A stretch of 64,000 nucleotides of DNA from an uncultured Candidatus Saccharibacteria bacterium (GCA_964574655.1 CAZNOH010000001.1:137852-201851); one strand, 5' to 3'; positions 53,704 through 63,308 are shown, counted from the stretch's first letter. The notes: a model not told the origin generated them from the sequence alone. A program made the numbers and translations.

Positions 53704-54246
53704 ATGAGTCTAGCTTTGGACATGGGAACAACTCCAATTGGTTTGGAAGCAAAAACTCGTTTTTTATCTTTTGGATTTTTACAACTTGGTGATTATACGA
53801 TTAATTTGGAAGATTGTATGATTTTGATTCAGTTTGTACTTCGGCAAGCTTTTTTGCTAGAGACAAAATTGACATGGAGGTTTTGGAAGTATTTCCGAAA
53901 TCTTAGGATTTGGAAAGGATATTCTGAGACAATGCGTTGTAAAAAAATTTGTACTCATAGAATTCATTCAGAGGGTAGTTCTTTATGTCAGCTTGTAGGT
54001 GCTGTTGAAGATTGGTCCGTATCTGTCGAAAGCGGTGTTTTGCAGAGAGAGCTTGTTCCTAGGAAGATTTCAGTAGCAATTTCTTTTGGAGGAATAAGAA
54101 TTGGTGATTATAATCTTTCTAATGCTGATTTTTTGTGCTTAATGGATTATGTTTTGACAAATGAGAATTTGGCTAAGAGTGATCTTAGAAGAAGATTCAT
54201 GAAGAATGTAAGGCGTTGGAAGTGTTTTGAAAGATATGTTCGTTGA
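53704..54246 (+). CDS. Hypothetical protein built from an internal tandem duplication of an about 50-aa unit (SFGxxxxGDYxxxxxDxxxLxxxVL...RRF...R.WK.F), preceded by the Shine-Dalgarno sequence AAAAGGAGGAGAGAG.
   Basis: The two repeat units are visible in the translation. A terminator follows at 54245-54275 (GAGACTGA-ttgctt-GTCAGTCT + T7). Confidence 0.45.
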   Translation: MSLALDMGTTPIGLEAKTRFLSFGFLQLGDYTINLEDCMILIQFVLRQAFLLETKLTWRFWKYFRNLRIWKGYSETMRCKKICTHRIHSEGSSLCQLVGAVEDWSVSVESGVLQRELVPRKISVAISFGGIRIGDYNLSNADFLCLMDYVLTNENLAKSDLRRRFMKNVRRWKCFERYVR

Positions 54247-54291
54247 GACTGATTGCTTGTCAGTCTTTTTTTTATTTTGTTTTAAATTTAC

Positions 54292-54837
54292 CTACGTCCT
54301 GCGGGATTCTGGCGGACAAACAATTTCTTTTATGACTTGATCAATGCTTTTGTTGATAATGTCTTGTTCTTCTTTTGAGAAATTTCCAAGAACATAATTG
54401 GCAGTATCTGCAATTTGTTCTTTTGGCAAATTCAAAATGCCAATTCGGAAGCGATTAATTTCATTTGTATTTAAGCTTTGAATAATTGATTGCATGCCAT
54501 TGTGTCCACCAGCGGATTGGCCAGAAGTTCTAATTTCGCCAAGTTGCAAATCAATGTCGTCGTAAATTATTGTTAAATCTTTTTTAGGATCAATTTTGTA
54601 AAACGAAATAAGGGCTTGAACTGCAAGGCCTGACTTATTCATGAAAGTTTGCGGTTTGGCAAATATCGTTTTTTCGTTGTTAATATTTGTTTGGCTAATT
54701 TCAGCGTTAAATTTTTTTTCCAAACTAAAATTTAAATTTAGCTTTTTTGTTAAAGCATCGAGTGTCATAAAGCCGACATTGTGGCGAGTGTTTCGATATT
54801 TCTCGCCAGGATTGCCTAGTCCGATTATAATTTTCAT
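54292..54837 (-). CDS. pth: Peptidyl-tRNA hydrolase.
   Basis: MKIIIGLGNPGEKYRNTRHNVGF. The last about 9 codons are encoded by a GC-rich hairpin element (54290-54321). Confidence 0.85.
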   Translation of the reverse strand: MKIIIGLGNPGEKYRNTRHNVGFMTLDALTKKLNLNFSLEKKFNAEISQTNINNEKTIFAKPQTFMNKSGLAVQALISFYKIDPKKDLTIIYDDIDLQLGEIRTSGQSAGGHNGMQSIIQSLNTNEINRFRIGILNLPKEQIADTANYVLGNFSKEEQDIINKSIDQVIKEIVCPPESRRT

Positions 54838-54846
54838 ATTATTATT

Positions 54847-56187
54847 TTATTTGTTTTCGCGAGCTACTGAGATATGAAGTGGAGCGCTTTCAAATCCATA
54901 TTTTTCATGTATTTTTCTTCCAAGAAATCTTAAATATTGAGGAGCAATTGTTTCTGGTCCTTCTAAATAGAGATTGAATTTTGGCGGATTGGTTCTAAAT
55001 TGAATAAGTTTAATCAATGTAGGTCTTTTTTGTGATTTTTTATTTCGATGAGGAGGATATTCTTTTAACAATTCGTGTAAAAATTCTGTTAGCTCTTCTT
55101 TGTCAATGACTTTTTTTCTTTCTTTGTCAGCTACAAGCACTAAATCCAAAATTTCTTTAATGTTTTGATCGGTTTTTGCAGAAGTAAAAACAATTGGAGC
55201 GAAATACAGAAAGTTGAAATTAGAGCGAAGAGATTCAGCAAATTTATCAATATCGCTTTGTTTTTGATCAATTAAATCAAGCTTATTAACTATAATAATA
55301 ACACTTGCATTGCTTTCGAGGATTCTTTCAGAAATTCTCTGGTCTTGTCTAGATAAAAAATCATCGCAGCTTAAAATGAATAAGATAATATTGCAGTCTT
55401 GAATTGTTTCTAAGCTTTTCCTGATAGAAAATTTTTCAATGCCATATCTTGCTTCTCTTTTTCTTTTAATTCCAGCTGAGTCGATCAAAGTTATATGCTT
55501 GTCTTTGTATTCGATTACATTTTCAATTGCATCTCGTGTTGTTCCTGGAATAGCAGAAACAATAACTTTTTTTTCACCAATTAAAGCATTAATTATAGAA
55601 GATTTTCCGACATTAGGTTTGCCAAAAAGGCCAACCTTGATTGGTTCCGAGTCAATTTCAATACTGTCTGATTTTTTTTCTTCTGTTTTTTTTATTAATG
55701 AAGAAATTTTATCAAGTAAGTCACCTGTGCCAACGCTTGTTAAGGCTGAAATTATTAGTGGTTTGCCAAGTCCTAGACCCTGCATTTCTTCGCCTTTTTG
55801 TCTTAAGTCGTCGTTATCGGCTTTGTTTGCAACAAGAATTATCGGTTTTTTTATTTTTTTAAGCTCTCTGGCAAAGCTAATATCTGGAGCAGTAATTCCA
55901 GTTCTAACATTTGTGATAAATAAAATAATATCTGCTTTCTCTAAAGCGAATTGTATTTGATCTTGGACACTTTTATTAATAACATCTTGTTTTTTGACTT
56001 TGTATTCAAAGCCACCAGTGTCAAATACGGTAAATATTTTTCCTCTCCAGCTTGTGTTGCCGTTGACAACATCTCTTGTTGTACCAGCAATTGGCGACGT
56101 AACAGCTCTGCCACGTCCAATGAGCTTGTTAAAAAGTGTTGATTTGCCACAGTTTGGTTGGCCAATGATGACGACGTTAGTATTCAT
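54847..56187 (-). CDS. der: Ribosome-biogenesis GTPase Der (EngA), with two GTPase domains and a KH-like C-terminus.
   Basis: Two P-loops, GQPNCGKSTLFN and GKPNVGKSSIIN. The start was taken at the ATG at 56187 (MNTNVVIIG); the supplied ORF extends to 56217. Confidence 0.85.
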   Translation of the reverse strand: MNTNVVIIGQPNCGKSTLFNKLIGRGRAVTSPIAGTTRDVVNGNTSWRGKIFTVFDTGGFEYKVKKQDVINKSVQDQIQFALEKADIILFITNVRTGITAPDISFARELKKIKKPIILVANKADNDDLRQKGEEMQGLGLGKPLIISALTSVGTGDLLDKISSLIKKTEEKKSDSIEIDSEPIKVGLFGKPNVGKSSIINALIGEKKVIVSAIPGTTRDAIENVIEYKDKHITLIDSAGIKRKREARYGIEKFSIRKSLETIQDCNIILFILSCDDFLSRQDQRISERILESNASVIIIVNKLDLIDQKQSDIDKFAESLRSNFNFLYFAPIVFTSAKTDQNIKEILDLVLVADKERKKVIDKEELTEFLHELLKEYPPHRNKKSQKRPTLIKLIQFRTNPPKFNLYLEGPETIAPQYLRFLGRKIHEKYGFESAPLHISVARENK

Positions 56188-57556
56188 AGCGAGGTAATTG
56201 CGAAAAATTTTTGCCAATAATCATGATAATATCTATTTGATTATTGTTAGCATTATATTCTTTCGGAATTGTTGTTGATTTAACGACTTTAGCATTAAAT
56301 CTGTTTTTTAAAAATTCAATGGTGTTTGGTTTTTTACCATTTGAGTAGTCATAGACTATTGTCTTGTTATAATCTATTTTAGATGCATTGTCAAGAGCTA
56401 ATATCTTGATATTGTCGTAAGCAATCATTGTGGCTGCTTCTTGTGCTTGATTTGGTGTTTCTGTTCCGTTTAATACTTTTATGTTTGCTGTCTCAATATC
56501 TTCTTGCTTTGGTTCAAAAACATTTTTGCAGTAATGATTAATTTCTGTAAAGTTATTTGATTTTGGCAAGAAAATGAATGAACCGTCTGAGCTTTCTGAA
56601 GCATAAAGCAGGCCGTTCGGAGAGTCATCTATAACGTGATTTTTCAGATCGTTAGAATCAATATTTTTAGCTAATTCTCCAAGTTTTATTATTTCCCATA
56701 ATTCTAGATTTGTTCTGATGTGATCGCCGATGATGTTAAAGAGGTCGTTGATTTTTTTGGGATTACTGATTGTCCAAAGCGACAAGGCTTCTTCTTTAGA
56801 TGCATAGAGGATTTGTTGTTGTCTTTTTGCTCTAGCGCTATCATTTGCTTCATAAGCTTCTGATCCGTCTATAACAACGCCATGACGAGAACGCGAGTAT
56901 TTTAGAGCTGTTTCTCCATCCATGTGGCTTAATCCTTTTTTAAAAGAAATAGTCTCAACACCAAAATCTTCAGTTGGATATTTTTCATCAATAAAGCTGT
57001 GTTCAATATCAACATCAATACCACCTACGGCATCGACTGCTTTTTTAAACCCTTCAAAATCTGCTTGAACATAATAATGTATAGGTAGGCCAGTGATATC
57101 CTCGATCGATTTAACAATGCGACTTGAATTTGGACTGCTATCTTTATCTAAAGCATAAACGCTGTTGATTTTCGTATTACCAAAATTTTTTAAATTAACA
57201 TATAGATCTCGCGGAATAGAAATTAATGCAACCCGTGGTTTGTCTTCTTCGTATTTGATGCTGAAAATAATTATTGTGTCAGTAAGCATTGCACCATCAT
57301 GTCCTTCGCCTCCAACGCCAAGAAGCAAAATATTGGTTCTTTTTTCATTTTCGCCTTTTAGTTTTTTGTTTGGAATAATAAATTTATGGAGTTGTCCTAA
57401 TAAGGAAGTGTTAGAAGCCGTGACTTTAAAAATAGTCTTTCCAATTGAAAAAACTTTATAAGAGATTAATGACGAAATTAATAAAAAAACAATCAGAAAT
57501 AGTGGTATGATATTTTTCTTGTAATTCTTTAATTTTTCGTTGAGCTTTGTTATCAT
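56177..57556 (-). CDS. LytR-CpsA-Psr (LCP) family cell-envelope phosphotransferase.
   Basis: N-terminal transmembrane helix, then ILLLGVGGEGHDGAMLTDTIIIFSI...ISIPRDLYV, the LCP core. Confidence 0.75.
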   Translation of the reverse strand: MITKLNEKLKNYKKNIIPLFLIVFLLISSLISYKVFSIGKTIFKVTASNTSLLGQLHKFIIPNKKLKGENEKRTNILLLGVGGEGHDGAMLTDTIIIFSIKYEEDKPRVALISIPRDLYVNLKNFGNTKINSVYALDKDSSPNSSRIVKSIEDITGLPIHYYVQADFEGFKKAVDAVGGIDVDIEHSFIDEKYPTEDFGVETISFKKGLSHMDGETALKYSRSRHGVVIDGSEAYEANDSARAKRQQQILYASKEEALSLWTISNPKKINDLFNIIGDHIRTNLELWEIIKLGELAKNIDSNDLKNHVIDDSPNGLLYASESSDGSFIFLPKSNNFTEINHYCKNVFEPKQEDIETANIKVLNGTETPNQAQEAATMIAYDNIKILALDNASKIDYNKTIVYDYSNGKKPNTIEFLKNRFNAKVVKSTTIPKEYNANNNQIDIIMIIGKNFSQLPRYEY

Positions 57557-57697
57557 GTATATGTATTATATAAGTTGTTGTTTGTTGATGTCAATTGGTC
57601 TTGCTAATATTTCTTTGGTTGTGGTATAATTATGTAAATATAAAGTGTTTATTTTATTGATTTCGCTTTTTTTTTAAAAAAGCCTTGGAGGTTTTTA

Positions 57698-58282
57698 ATG
57701 GAAACAAAAACAGTACAAAAGACTTCAACAAAAGAATTCGTTGTTGAATTGGTAAAGATAATTTTAATTTCTTTGGCAATCATTGTTCCTGTCAGATATT
57801 TTTTATTTCAGCCTTTTTTTGTGAGAGGTGAAAGCATGGAGCCAAATTTTTCAGATGGTCAGTATTTAATTGTTGATGAAATTAGCTATCGTTTTGATAA
57901 ACCAAAAAGAGGAGATGTGGTTATTTTTAAATATCCTAAAGATCCATCCCAATATTTTATTAAGAGAATTATTGGTTTACCAGGAGAAAGACTTGAAATT
58001 TTTGATGGAAGTGTTAAAGTGTATAACCAAGATCATTCAGAAGGAGTTTTGGTTGATGAAAGTTATTTGCCGTCTGATTTGAAGACTCCAGGCAGAATTG
58101 ACTATAAGGTTAATGAGAATGAATATTTTGTTATGGGAGACAATAGGAAAGCAAGCAGTGATTCGAGGATATGGGGGTCATTGCCAAGGGCAAATCTAAT
58201 TGGACGTGTTTGGCTTCGAGGTTGGCCATTGGCAAAGGTCGGTATTTTTAAGACTCCCTTTTACTTCAGTGTTAAAAATTAA
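57698..58282 (+). CDS. lepB: Signal peptidase I.
   Basis: RGESMEPNF (Ser nucleophile box), the Lys box, and GDNRKASSDSR. Shine-Dalgarno sequence GGAGG upstream. Confidence 0.8.
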   Translation: METKTVQKTSTKEFVVELVKIILISLAIIVPVRYFLFQPFFVRGESMEPNFSDGQYLIVDEISYRFDKPKRGDVVIFKYPKDPSQYFIKRIIGLPGERLEIFDGSVKVYNQDHSEGVLVDESYLPSDLKTPGRIDYKVNENEYFVMGDNRKASSDSRIWGSLPRANLIGRVWLRGWPLAKVGIFKTPFYFSVKN

Positions 58283-58296
58283 ATTTAATTAACCAT

Positions 58297-59631
58297 ATGG
58301 GCAGACCAAAGAAAACATTAAAGAAACCTAAGCTAAGAGTAAGAAAAAAATTCGTTGAGAAAGTTAAGGGGATGCACGATATATTACCTTCAGAAACGCC
58401 TTATTGGGATTTGTTTTTAAAAGTCGTTGAAAAAACAACAGCTGTTTTTGGTTTTAATAAATTTGAAACCCCGATTTTAGAAAATACTGAGTTGTTCCAA
58501 AGATCAACGGGAGAGAACACAGATATTGTTCAGAAGGAAATGTTTTCTTTTGTGGATAAGGGAGGAGATGATTTGACGTTGAGACCTGAGGGTACGCCAG
58601 GTGTTGTTAGGTCATATATAGAAAATGGAATGCATACTTATCCGCAGCCAGTAAAAGTGTATTATATTGCTCCAATGTTCCGAAGAGAAAAGCCTCAAGC
58701 CGGAAGACAGCGAGAATTTCATCAATTTAATGTTGAAGCATTAGGAAGTTCAAAGCCAGTGATTGATGCTCAAGTAATTTTTATTGCTTGGAAAGTTTTG
58801 AAAGGGATAGGCTTGAACAATTTTGAGGTTCAGATCAACAGCGTTGGTTGTAGAGTTTGTCGTGAACAGTATCGTGAAATGTTGGTTGATTTTATGTCGA
58901 GTAAAAAGCAAAGATTGTGTATTGATTGCAAGAAAAGATTAAAAAAGAATCCCTTGAGAATCTTAGATTGTAAAAATTCAAGATGCCAGGAAGTGGTTAG
59001 CGAGGCTCCGCAAATTATTGATTATCTTTGTGAAGAATGTCACAATCATTTTAAGGAAGTATTGGAATATTTAGATGAAGCGAAGATTTCTTATAATCTG
59101 AATTCGAAATTAGTTCGAGGATTGGATTATTATACAAAGACTGTTTTTGAAATTTGGCCGACTGGTGAAAAGGCTAATGCTTCTCAGGGAAGTTTTGGCG
59201 GAGGCGGTAGATATGATGATTTAGTGGAAATAATGGGCGGTAGAGAAACTTCGGCAATTGGCATGGCTTTAGGCGTAGAGAGAATAATTAATTGTTTAAA
59301 AGAAAGCAAAGATCGAAATGATATTTTTATAAAAAAACCGGATGTTATGTTTGTGCAACTAGGCGATATGGCTAGAAAGAAAGCTTTAGGAATTATTAAT
59401 ACATTAATGGATAATGGTATTTCTATTGTTGAGAATTTGCATAAAGATAGCATAAGATCTCAATTAAGATTTGCTAGCAATTCAGGTGTTCGATATGCAT
59501 TGATTTTGGGTCAAAAGGAAGTTTTGGATAAGAGTATATTAATTAGAGATATGCAAAGTGGCATTCAGGAAGTTTTGAATCAGGATAACCTGGCAGCTGA
59601 GATCAAGAAGAAGTTAAGTCAAAGGAATTAG
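58297..59631 (+). CDS. hisS: Histidyl-tRNA synthetase with an N-terminal Lys/Arg-rich extension (GRPKKTLKKPKLRVRKK) and a Cys8 (4x CxxC) zinc-ribbon cluster in the insertion domain.
   Basis: Motif 2 FRREKPQAGRQREFHQFNVE, an HisRS-type anticodon-binding C-terminus, and CRVCREQ...CIDCKKR...CKNSRC...CEECHNH. Confidence 0.85.
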   Translation: MGRPKKTLKKPKLRVRKKFVEKVKGMHDILPSETPYWDLFLKVVEKTTAVFGFNKFETPILENTELFQRSTGENTDIVQKEMFSFVDKGGDDLTLRPEGTPGVVRSYIENGMHTYPQPVKVYYIAPMFRREKPQAGRQREFHQFNVEALGSSKPVIDAQVIFIAWKVLKGIGLNNFEVQINSVGCRVCREQYREMLVDFMSSKKQRLCIDCKKRLKKNPLRILDCKNSRCQEVVSEAPQIIDYLCEECHNHFKEVLEYLDEAKISYNLNSKLVRGLDYYTKTVFEIWPTGEKANASQGSFGGGGRYDDLVEIMGGRETSAIGMALGVERIINCLKESKDRNDIFIKKPDVMFVQLGDMARKKALGIINTLMDNGISIVENLHKDSIRSQLRFASNSGVRYALILGQKEVLDKSILIRDMQSGIQEVLNQDNLAAEIKKKLSQRN

Positions 59632-59670
59632 TTTAATAACTATATTATATAAGAAAGGTGGGTGAATCTA

Positions 59671-59904
59671 ATGGTTGATGTAACTAAAAGAGGCGATGAA
59701 AAAATTGAGAGCATGTTAAGAAGATTTAAGAAACAGCTTTTAAGAAGCGGAGTTTTGGTTTTGGCAAGAAGTAAAAAGCGCTTTGAAAGAAAGAAGAGCA
59801 AGAATTTAACAAGAAGAAGCGCGATTAAGCGAAGTGAGTTTAGAAAAGAAAGAGACTATCTTCGCAAGATTGGTAAATTAGATAGTCAAGCATTCAAACA
59901 ATGA
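59671..59904 (+). CDS. rpsU: 30S ribosomal protein S21.
   Basis: MVDVTKRGDEKIESMLRRFKKQLLRSGVLVLARSKKRFERKKSK, with the Shine-Dalgarno sequence AAGGTGG upstream. The supplied ORF 59662 begins at a GTG; the ATG is at 59671. Confidence 0.8.
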   Translation: MVDVTKRGDEKIESMLRRFKKQLLRSGVLVLARSKKRFERKKSKNLTRRSAIKRSEFRKERDYLRKIGKLDSQAFKQ

Positions 59905-60314
59905 TTTTTATCAATCGCACAAAGAATAAAGCAAGTAAAAACTTTTTTGAAAAGATAGCTAGAGATACCTTTAGCTATCTGAATGAAAAAAGTAATTATG
60001 ATTTTGATCTTTTTTTAGTCGGAGATGATGAAATAAGAAATTTGAATAACAAATATCGCAAAATAGATAAGGTGACTGATGTCTTGTCGTTCAATATAAA
60101 AGAAGATAATTTTTTAGGGCAGATTTTCATCTGTTTTGATCAAGTAACCAGACAAGCAAAAAAGGTTAGAAGAGATGAGAATGAAGAATTGGCAGAAATT
60201 TTGATTCATGGAATTTTACATCTTTTGGATTATTCTGATGAGGATGAGAAGGGCTACAAAAAAATGGTTTTTTTGCAAAAGGCAATATTAAAAAAACAAA
60301 ATGAAAATAATTGA
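59901..60314 (+). CDS. ybeY: rRNA maturation endoribonuclease YbeY.
   Basis: Zinc site HGILHLLDYSDEDE (H..H.....D/H). Confidence 0.85.
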   Translation: MIFINRTKNKASKNFFEKIARDTFSYLNEKSNYDFDLFLVGDDEIRNLNNKYRKIDKVTDVLSFNIKEDNFLGQIFICFDQVTRQAKKVRRDENEELAEILIHGILHLLDYSDEDEKGYKKMVFLQKAILKKQNENN

Positions 60315-60678
60315 TTTAAAAAGGTTAGTCAAAAGTTTTGGTTATTCTTTTAGGGGTTTGATTTATACATTCAAAGAAGAGCAAAATTTCAGAATTCATC
60401 TTTTTGTGGCAATGATTGTGATTATTTTGATGATATTTTTTAGAGTATCAAGATTGGAGGCCTTGGTTTTAATAATAGCAATGACGTTAGTTATTTTTGC
60501 TGAATTAATTAATTCTATTTTCGAAAGAATCGTTGATATCTTGAAGCCAAGAATACATTCTTACGCGATGGTTATTAAAGATATGATGGCTGCAACAGTT
60601 CTGGTAGCAGCTCTTGCCGCGGTTGCAATCGGTATAATTATTTTCTTGCCAAGAGTTTTAGATTTGTTTAATATTTAA
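60301..60678 (+). CDS. dgkA: Diacylglycerol kinase / undecaprenol kinase family (DgkA).
   Basis: 3-transmembrane protein with the AELINSIFERIVD motif (E..NSAIE..VD), in the ybeY-dgkA arrangement common in Gram-positives. Confidence 0.7.
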   Translation: MKIIDLKRLVKSFGYSFRGLIYTFKEEQNFRIHLFVAMIVIILMIFFRVSRLEALVLIIAMTLVIFAELINSIFERIVDILKPRIHSYAMVIKDMMAATVLVAALAAVAIGIIIFLPRVLDLFNI

Positions 60679-60773
60679 TTATCAACAAATCTATCTTACA
60701 ATTTATCTATTTTTTTGTTAAAATAAATTTGTTATTGCAAAGAATTATATTTACAAAACAAAATAAAAATTAA

Positions 60774-62009
60774 ATGCCTAAAGAAGAAATTATTGTTGGA
60801 CTGGATATAGGGTCTCACAAAATTAGAACAATCGTTTCAAGAGTTAATTTTGAAACAGAAAAGCCTCAGATTATTGGTTTGGGGGAGTCTTTTTCTAATG
60901 GAATAAGGCGCGGAGTAGTTGTTGACGTTGAAGAAGCAACTAGTAGCATATCTTCTTCTATAGAAAAAGCTGAAAGGACAAGTGGTGTTCCAATTGAGCA
61001 TGCTTTTGTTTCGGTCGGTGGCAGCCATGTTATTTCTGAAAGTAGTAAAGGTGTTATTGCTGTTGGACGTGCTGATAATGAAATTACTGATGACGATGTT
61101 TCAAGATCTATTGATGCTGCGTCAGCTATTTCTTTGCCGCCAAATCATGAGATTTTGCATGTTATACCTAGATATTTTATCGTTGACAATCAAGAAGGTA
61201 TAAAAGATCCAGTTGGAATGAATGGAGTGAGATTAGAAGTGGAAGCAGTAATAGTCGAAGGTGCAACATCATACATAAAAAATTTAACTAAATGTATTGC
61301 CAGAGCTGGCATTGAAATTGACGATTTAATTGTTTCACCTCTATCAGCTAGCTATTCTGTGCTATCAAAAAAACAGAAAGAGTTGGGCGTTGTTTTAGTA
61401 GATATCGGTGGAGGAACAACAGGATTGGTTGTTTATGAAGAAGGCGATCTAATGACTGTATCTGTTTTGCCAATTGGTTCAGAACACATAACTAATGATT
61501 TGGCTATTGGTCTCAGAACGTCAATCGAAGATGCAGAAAGGATAAAATTAGAATATGGAGTAGCAATGACTTCTGATGTTGATAAAAGAGATGAGGTTGA
61601 TTTGTCTAAAATTGTTGGTGGCGAGCCGCAACTAGTTTCTAGAAAAAAGATTGTTGAAATAATTGAAGCAAGATTATCAGAGATGTTTTCAATGATTGAT
61701 AAAGAGCTAAGGAAAATTGATAGGTCTGGTAAATTGCCTGCTGGAATAGTGTTGTGCGGGGGTGGTGCGAAATTACCAAATATTGTAGATTTAGCAAAAA
61801 AGGAATTAAGATTGCCTGCACAAATCGGTTTTCCAGAAAGTATTCCTGGAGTAGTTGATAAAATGGACGATCCATCATATGCAACTTCCGAAGGTCTAAT
61901 TATGTGGGGCTTAAGTCATGTTGAGGAAAGAAAAGATATTCCTGGTATTTCTTCAATGGGTAATACAGTAGATAAAATAAAAGGTTGGTTTAAAACATTT
62001 CTTCCTTAA
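60774..62009 (+). CDS. ftsA: Cell division protein FtsA.
   Basis: Actin-fold motifs VGLDIGSHKIRTIV and DIGGGTTGLVVY. Confidence 0.85.
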   Translation: MPKEEIIVGLDIGSHKIRTIVSRVNFETEKPQIIGLGESFSNGIRRGVVVDVEEATSSISSSIEKAERTSGVPIEHAFVSVGGSHVISESSKGVIAVGRADNEITDDDVSRSIDAASAISLPPNHEILHVIPRYFIVDNQEGIKDPVGMNGVRLEVEAVIVEGATSYIKNLTKCIARAGIEIDDLIVSPLSASYSVLSKKQKELGVVLVDIGGGTTGLVVYEEGDLMTVSVLPIGSEHITNDLAIGLRTSIEDAERIKLEYGVAMTSDVDKRDEVDLSKIVGGEPQLVSRKKIVEIIEARLSEMFSMIDKELRKIDRSGKLPAGIVLCGGGAKLPNIVDLAKKELRLPAQIGFPESIPGVVDKMDDPSYATSEGLIMWGLSHVEERKDIPGISSMGNTVDKIKGWFKTFLP

Positions 62010-62162
62010 TTTGGTGTAAACAAAATTTGAACAGTTTGAACAATAGTCTTGTTCAACTTATCCACATTGATTCTTGATGAATAAATTTTTTTAAACTATA
62101 ATGAGCTATTAGATAAGCTCATTTTTTGTTTAGAAATATTTTTTAGCATTTAAGATAAATTT

Positions 62163-63308
62163 ATGGAGATAAAACCAGAAATTGATACATATGCGAAAAT
62201 TAAAGTAATTGGTGTCGGAGGCGGTGGTTGTTCAGCGGTAAGCAGAATGCATTCTTCAAGCATGAAGGGTGTTGATTTTATTATTGTTAATACAGATGCA
62301 CAAGCATTGCAGGTGTCTAACATTAAAACAAGAATTAATATTGGCAAGACCTTGACTAGAGGATTAGGCGCTGGCATGAATCCTGAGATAGGCAGACAAG
62401 CTGCTGAAGAAGAACAGGAAGAAATTCAAGAAGCAGTAAAAGGCAGTGATATGGTTTTTATAACATGTGGACTTGGCGGTGGAACTGGTACTGGTGCAGC
62501 TCCTGTTATAGCAAGTATTGCTAAAGAAGCTGGTGCTTTAACTGTTGGCGTAGTAACGAAACCTTTTTCTTTTGAAGGGGCGCAAAGAAATGAAATTGCT
62601 GAGAAAGGACATGAAGAGTTGGAGAGCAAGGTTGACACATTAATTACGGTTCCAAACGATAAATTATTACAAATAATTGATAAGAAAACTTCTTTAACCG
62701 ATGCTTTTAAAGTGGTTGATGAAGTTTTAAGGCAAGGCGTTCAAGGTATTTCTGACTTGATTACAGTTCCTGGAGTTGTTAATGTTGACTTTGCTGATGT
62801 TCGAGCGATTATGGAAGGTACTGGTTCAGCATTAATGGGTATTGGCGTTGCTTCAGGTGAAAACAGAGCTGCCGAGGCTGCAAAGAAAGCAATTGATAGT
62901 CCTCTGCTTGAGCAATCAGTTGATGGAGCTACTGGCGTATTATTTAATGTTTGTGGCGGTGATGATTTAGGAATGTTAGAGATTGATGAAGCTGCTAAAG
63001 TTATAACAGAATCGGTTGATCCAAAAGCTAAGATTATTTTTGGTGCTGTCAGAGATGAGAGCCTAAACAATGAAATAAAAATTACTGTGATTGCAACTGG
63101 TTTTTCATCAAAGAAAAAGAAAAAAAACTTGGATGGCACAATGCCATTGTCAGCAACAGCTTCTGCTCAAAATGATGTTTTTAAAGGTTTTAGCTATCAA
63201 TCAGTTGATAATAATAGGCCAAAAATTCAAGAGCCTCGCAGACCGATCGAAGCTGATGATGATGAATTAGATGTTCCGGCTTTCATAAGAAGAAAGCTGA
63301 ATAAGTAA
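62163..63308 (+). CDS. ftsZ: Cell division GTPase FtsZ.
   Basis: Tubulin signature [13 protein letters not shown]. Confidence 0.9.
   Translation: MEIKPEIDTYAKIKVIGVGGGGCSAVSRMHSSSMKGVDFIIVNTDAQALQVSNIKTRINIGKTLTRGLGAGMNPEIGRQAAEEEQEEIQEAVKGSDMVFITCGLGGGTGTGAAPVIASIAKEAGALTVGVVTKPFSFEGAQRNEIAEKGHEELESKVDTLITVPNDKLLQIIDKKTSLTDAFKVVDEVLRQGVQGISDLITVPGVVNVDFADVRAIMEGTGSALMGIGVASGENRAAEAAKKAIDSPLLEQSVDGATGVLFNVCGGDDLGMLEIDEAAKVITESVDPKAKIIFGAVRDESLNNEIKITVIATGFSSKKKKKNLDGTMPLSATASAQNDVFKGFSYQSVDNNRPKIQEPRRPIEADDDELDVPAFIRRKLNK

Noticed and set aside
62068-62076. Perfect DnaA box TTATCCACA between ftsA and ftsZ, considered as the replication origin.
   Set aside because: It is a single box with no cluster, no adjacent AT-rich DUE or dnaA/dnaN genes. 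More likely it is a lone regulatory or chance site.
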